Assembly: GCA_046754005.1 (NCBI GenBank) | Contig: JBHHUV010000001.1 | Span: forward strand, 1-24,906 | Source of the DNA: Phycisphaerae bacterium | GTDB taxonomy: Bacteria > Planctomycetota > Phycisphaerae > UBA1845 > UTPLA1 | Length of the DNA: 24,906 bases | Direction: 5' to 3' | Part shown: piece by piece, positions 23,186-24,906 of the stretch | Layout: every line of letters begins with the position of its first letter | Numbering within the stretch: the stretch's first letter is position 1 | Translations under genes and position numbers: made by a program | Notes under the pieces: model-generated | Told to the model about the DNA's origin: nothing | What the model saw: the letters and a program-made list of their open reading frames with translations, nothing else | The model's database searches: none

Positions 23186-24906
23186 ATGCCACTAAAAATC
23201 CATCTCACGTGCCGAAACCGATCCACACTGATTGCCGGGATGTTTTTAACCGTATGCCTGTCATCCGTTTCATCTACATGGGCCATTCCAACGGCGAGTT
23301 TTCAGGGGCTGGGCGATCTGCCGGGTGGGAACTTCAACAGCCGGGCGAACGGAGTATCGGCCGACGGTGGGGTTGTCGTGGGTCGCGGTTGGTCGTCAAC
23401 TGGTTTTGAAGCCTTCCTGTGGACGGAAGCCGGCGGAATGATCGGGTTGGGTGATCTGCCGGGTGGAGCCCTTATCAGCAGTGCGATCAGAGTCTCGGCC
23501 GACGGCTCTGCGGTGGTTGGACTTGGCGAATCCTCCTTGGGCGGGGAGGCGTTTTGCTGGACGGCCGCCAATGGCATCTTCGGCCTGGGTGATTTGCCGG
23601 GAGGCGTGGATTCCAGCATTGCCTTCGCCGCATCGGCCGACGGCCTGGTCGTTGTCGGCAACAGCGCCTCCGCCTCGGGTAGCAACGAGGCCTTTCGCTG
23701 GACCGAGACCGGCGGCATGGTGGGTCTGGGGGATCTGCCCGGCGGTATCTTTAAGAGCGCTGCTCACGATGTTTCCGCCGACGGCTCGGTCGTCGTGGGA
23801 AGAGGAAACTCTTCGATGGGTGAGGAGGCCTATCGATGGACGCAATCGGATGGCATGGTTGGCCTGGGATTCCTGACAACCGTATCTCCATTCAGCCAGG
23901 CCAATGCGGTAACGCCAGACGGATTGATCGTCGTGGGTGAGTCCCATTCCGACCTGGTGATTTCAGGGAATGAGGCATTTCGGTGGACGTCTGAAACGGG
24001 AATGGTCGGTCTGGGGAGCCTGCCAGCCGCATCGAACAACCGTGCCCTGGCGGTCTCGGTGAATGGCGTCGTGATTGTGGGCGAGAGCACGTTCAGTACG
24101 GGGACACAGGCATTTATTTGGGATGTCACCCTTGGGATACGAAATCTGCAGGATGTCATGGTCAATGATTTTGGCCTGAACCTGACCGGTTGGACGCTGC
24201 TGTCCGCCACGGGCATCTCCGACGACGGCCAGACGATCGTGGGCGTCGGCATCAACCCGAGTGGGGACAACGAGGCCTGGATCGCGTTTCTACCGCTTCC
24301 GGATGCCGACGGTGACGGGATTCCGGACAACATAGATGTATGTCAATCTACACCGATCGGTGAGCCGATCGACACCGTCGGCTGTGGTTGTGTGACTGAA
24401 GACACCTCGAAACCGATTGTCATCTGTCCGGCTGATAGGAGTCTTTCAGCGGATCCGGGTGCGTGCACCGCCTCGAATGTCAATCTCGTGATGCCCGCCA
24501 CGAGTGACAACTGCGGGGTTGCCAGCGTGACCCACGATGCGCCGGTCGCCTTTTCCGTGGGTGATACAATCGTCACGTGGACGGTGACCGACATGAGCGG
24601 GAACACCGAAACCTGTCAGCAAAGGGTGACTGTGACAGATGATGAGGCGCCGACGCTGGTCTGTTCGGAGGCAGCCGGTCTTCCCACCGATACAGGCGCC
24701 TGTATTGCATCGAGCGTCAACCTCGTCTCACCCACCACGAGCGACAACTGCGGCGTGGCTTCGGTGACGAACGATGCGCCGATGACATTGCCTACCGGCG
24801 ACACGATGGTGAACTGGACCGTGACCGACATGAGCGGGAACGTTTCAAGCTGCCAGCAGACGGTGACGGTGACGGACGAAGAACCTCCCGTGATCACGGT
24901 TTGCCC
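23186..24906 (+). CDS. Secreted/surface protein: HAF-type beta-propeller repeats + TSP3-like Ca-binding motif + HYR domains (3'-partial)
   Basis: Not in the ORF track because it runs off the window; translated by hand. GAGGT RBS at 23176-23180, then MPLKIHLTCRNRSTLIAGMFLTVCLSSVSSTWA. GLG[DFS]L...VSADG.VVVG...EAF.WT repeats start at 23306, 23444, 23582, 23723, 23861 and 24008. DADGDGIPDNIDVC...GC spans 24302-24385. HYR-like units (SDNCGVASVT.DAP...WTVTDMSGN) start near 24395, 24635 and 24872. Confidence 0.9.
   Translation, partial: MPLKIHLTCRNRSTLIAGMFLTVCLSSVSSTWAIPTASFQGLGDLPGGNFNSRANGVSADGGVVVGRGWSSTGFEAFLWTEAGGMIGLGDLPGGALISSAIRVSADGSAVVGLGESSLGGEAFCWTAANGIFGLGDLPGGVDSSIAFAASADGLVVVGNSASASGSNEAFRWTETGGMVGLGDLPGGIFKSAAHDVSADGSVVVGRGNSSMGEEAYRWTQSDGMVGLGFLTTVSPFSQANAVTPDGLIVVGESHSDLVISGNEAFRWTSETGMVGLGSLPAASNNRALAVSVNGVVIVGESTFSTGTQAFIWDVTLGIRNLQDVMVNDFGLNLTGWTLLSATGISDDGQTIVGVGINPSGDNEAWIAFLPLPDADGDGIPDNIDVCQSTPIGEPIDTVGCGCVTEDTSKPIVICPADRSLSADPGACTASNVNLVMPATSDNCGVASVTHDAPVAFSVGDTIVTWTVTDMSGNTETCQQRVTVTDDEAPTLVCSEAAGLPTDTGACIASSVNLVSPTTSDNCGVASVTNDAPMTLPTGDTMVNWTVTDMSGNVSSCQQTVTVTDEEPPVITVC

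Noticed and set aside
23302-24897. Minus-strand ORFs with repeated motifs (23302-23718, 23396-23947, 23830-24333, 24343-24606, 24616-24897)
   Set aside because: They mirror the repeats of the real plus-strand HAF/HYR gene.

Overview
GC-rich bacterial DNA, probably Planctomycetota/Phycisphaerae-like (inferred only from gene and repeat styles). (1) 1-5407 (+): a long, probably 5'-truncated polymorphic-toxin-like protein. It has a Pro/Glu-rich linker, a helical region and ten GLTDDGxR repeats, and ends in a compact anthrax edema factor/ExoY/CyaA-type nucleotidyl cyclase domain with the catalytic motifs intact. A candidate immunity gene and two zinc-ribbon/GYF_2 proteins follow. (2) 5458-16961: an envelope cluster of 5-6 lipoproteins and secreted proteins. 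It includes a lipid-anchored TPR-CHAT protease, two paralogous tandem FlgO/CsgG-like lipoproteins in inverted orientation (one with DUF4384), a glycine-zipper-like secreted protein, and a FlgT-like scaffold fused to a PDZ-less trypsin-like protease. (3) 17367-24906: a TPR/FGE-like membrane protein, a membrane spermidine-synthase-like protein, DUF1801, and a 3'-truncated HAF-propeller/HYR surface protein missing from the ORF track, with REP-like palindromes between the genes. No rRNA, tRNA, CRISPR array, transposase or integrase was seen. All domain calls come from motif recognition by eye; no searches were run.
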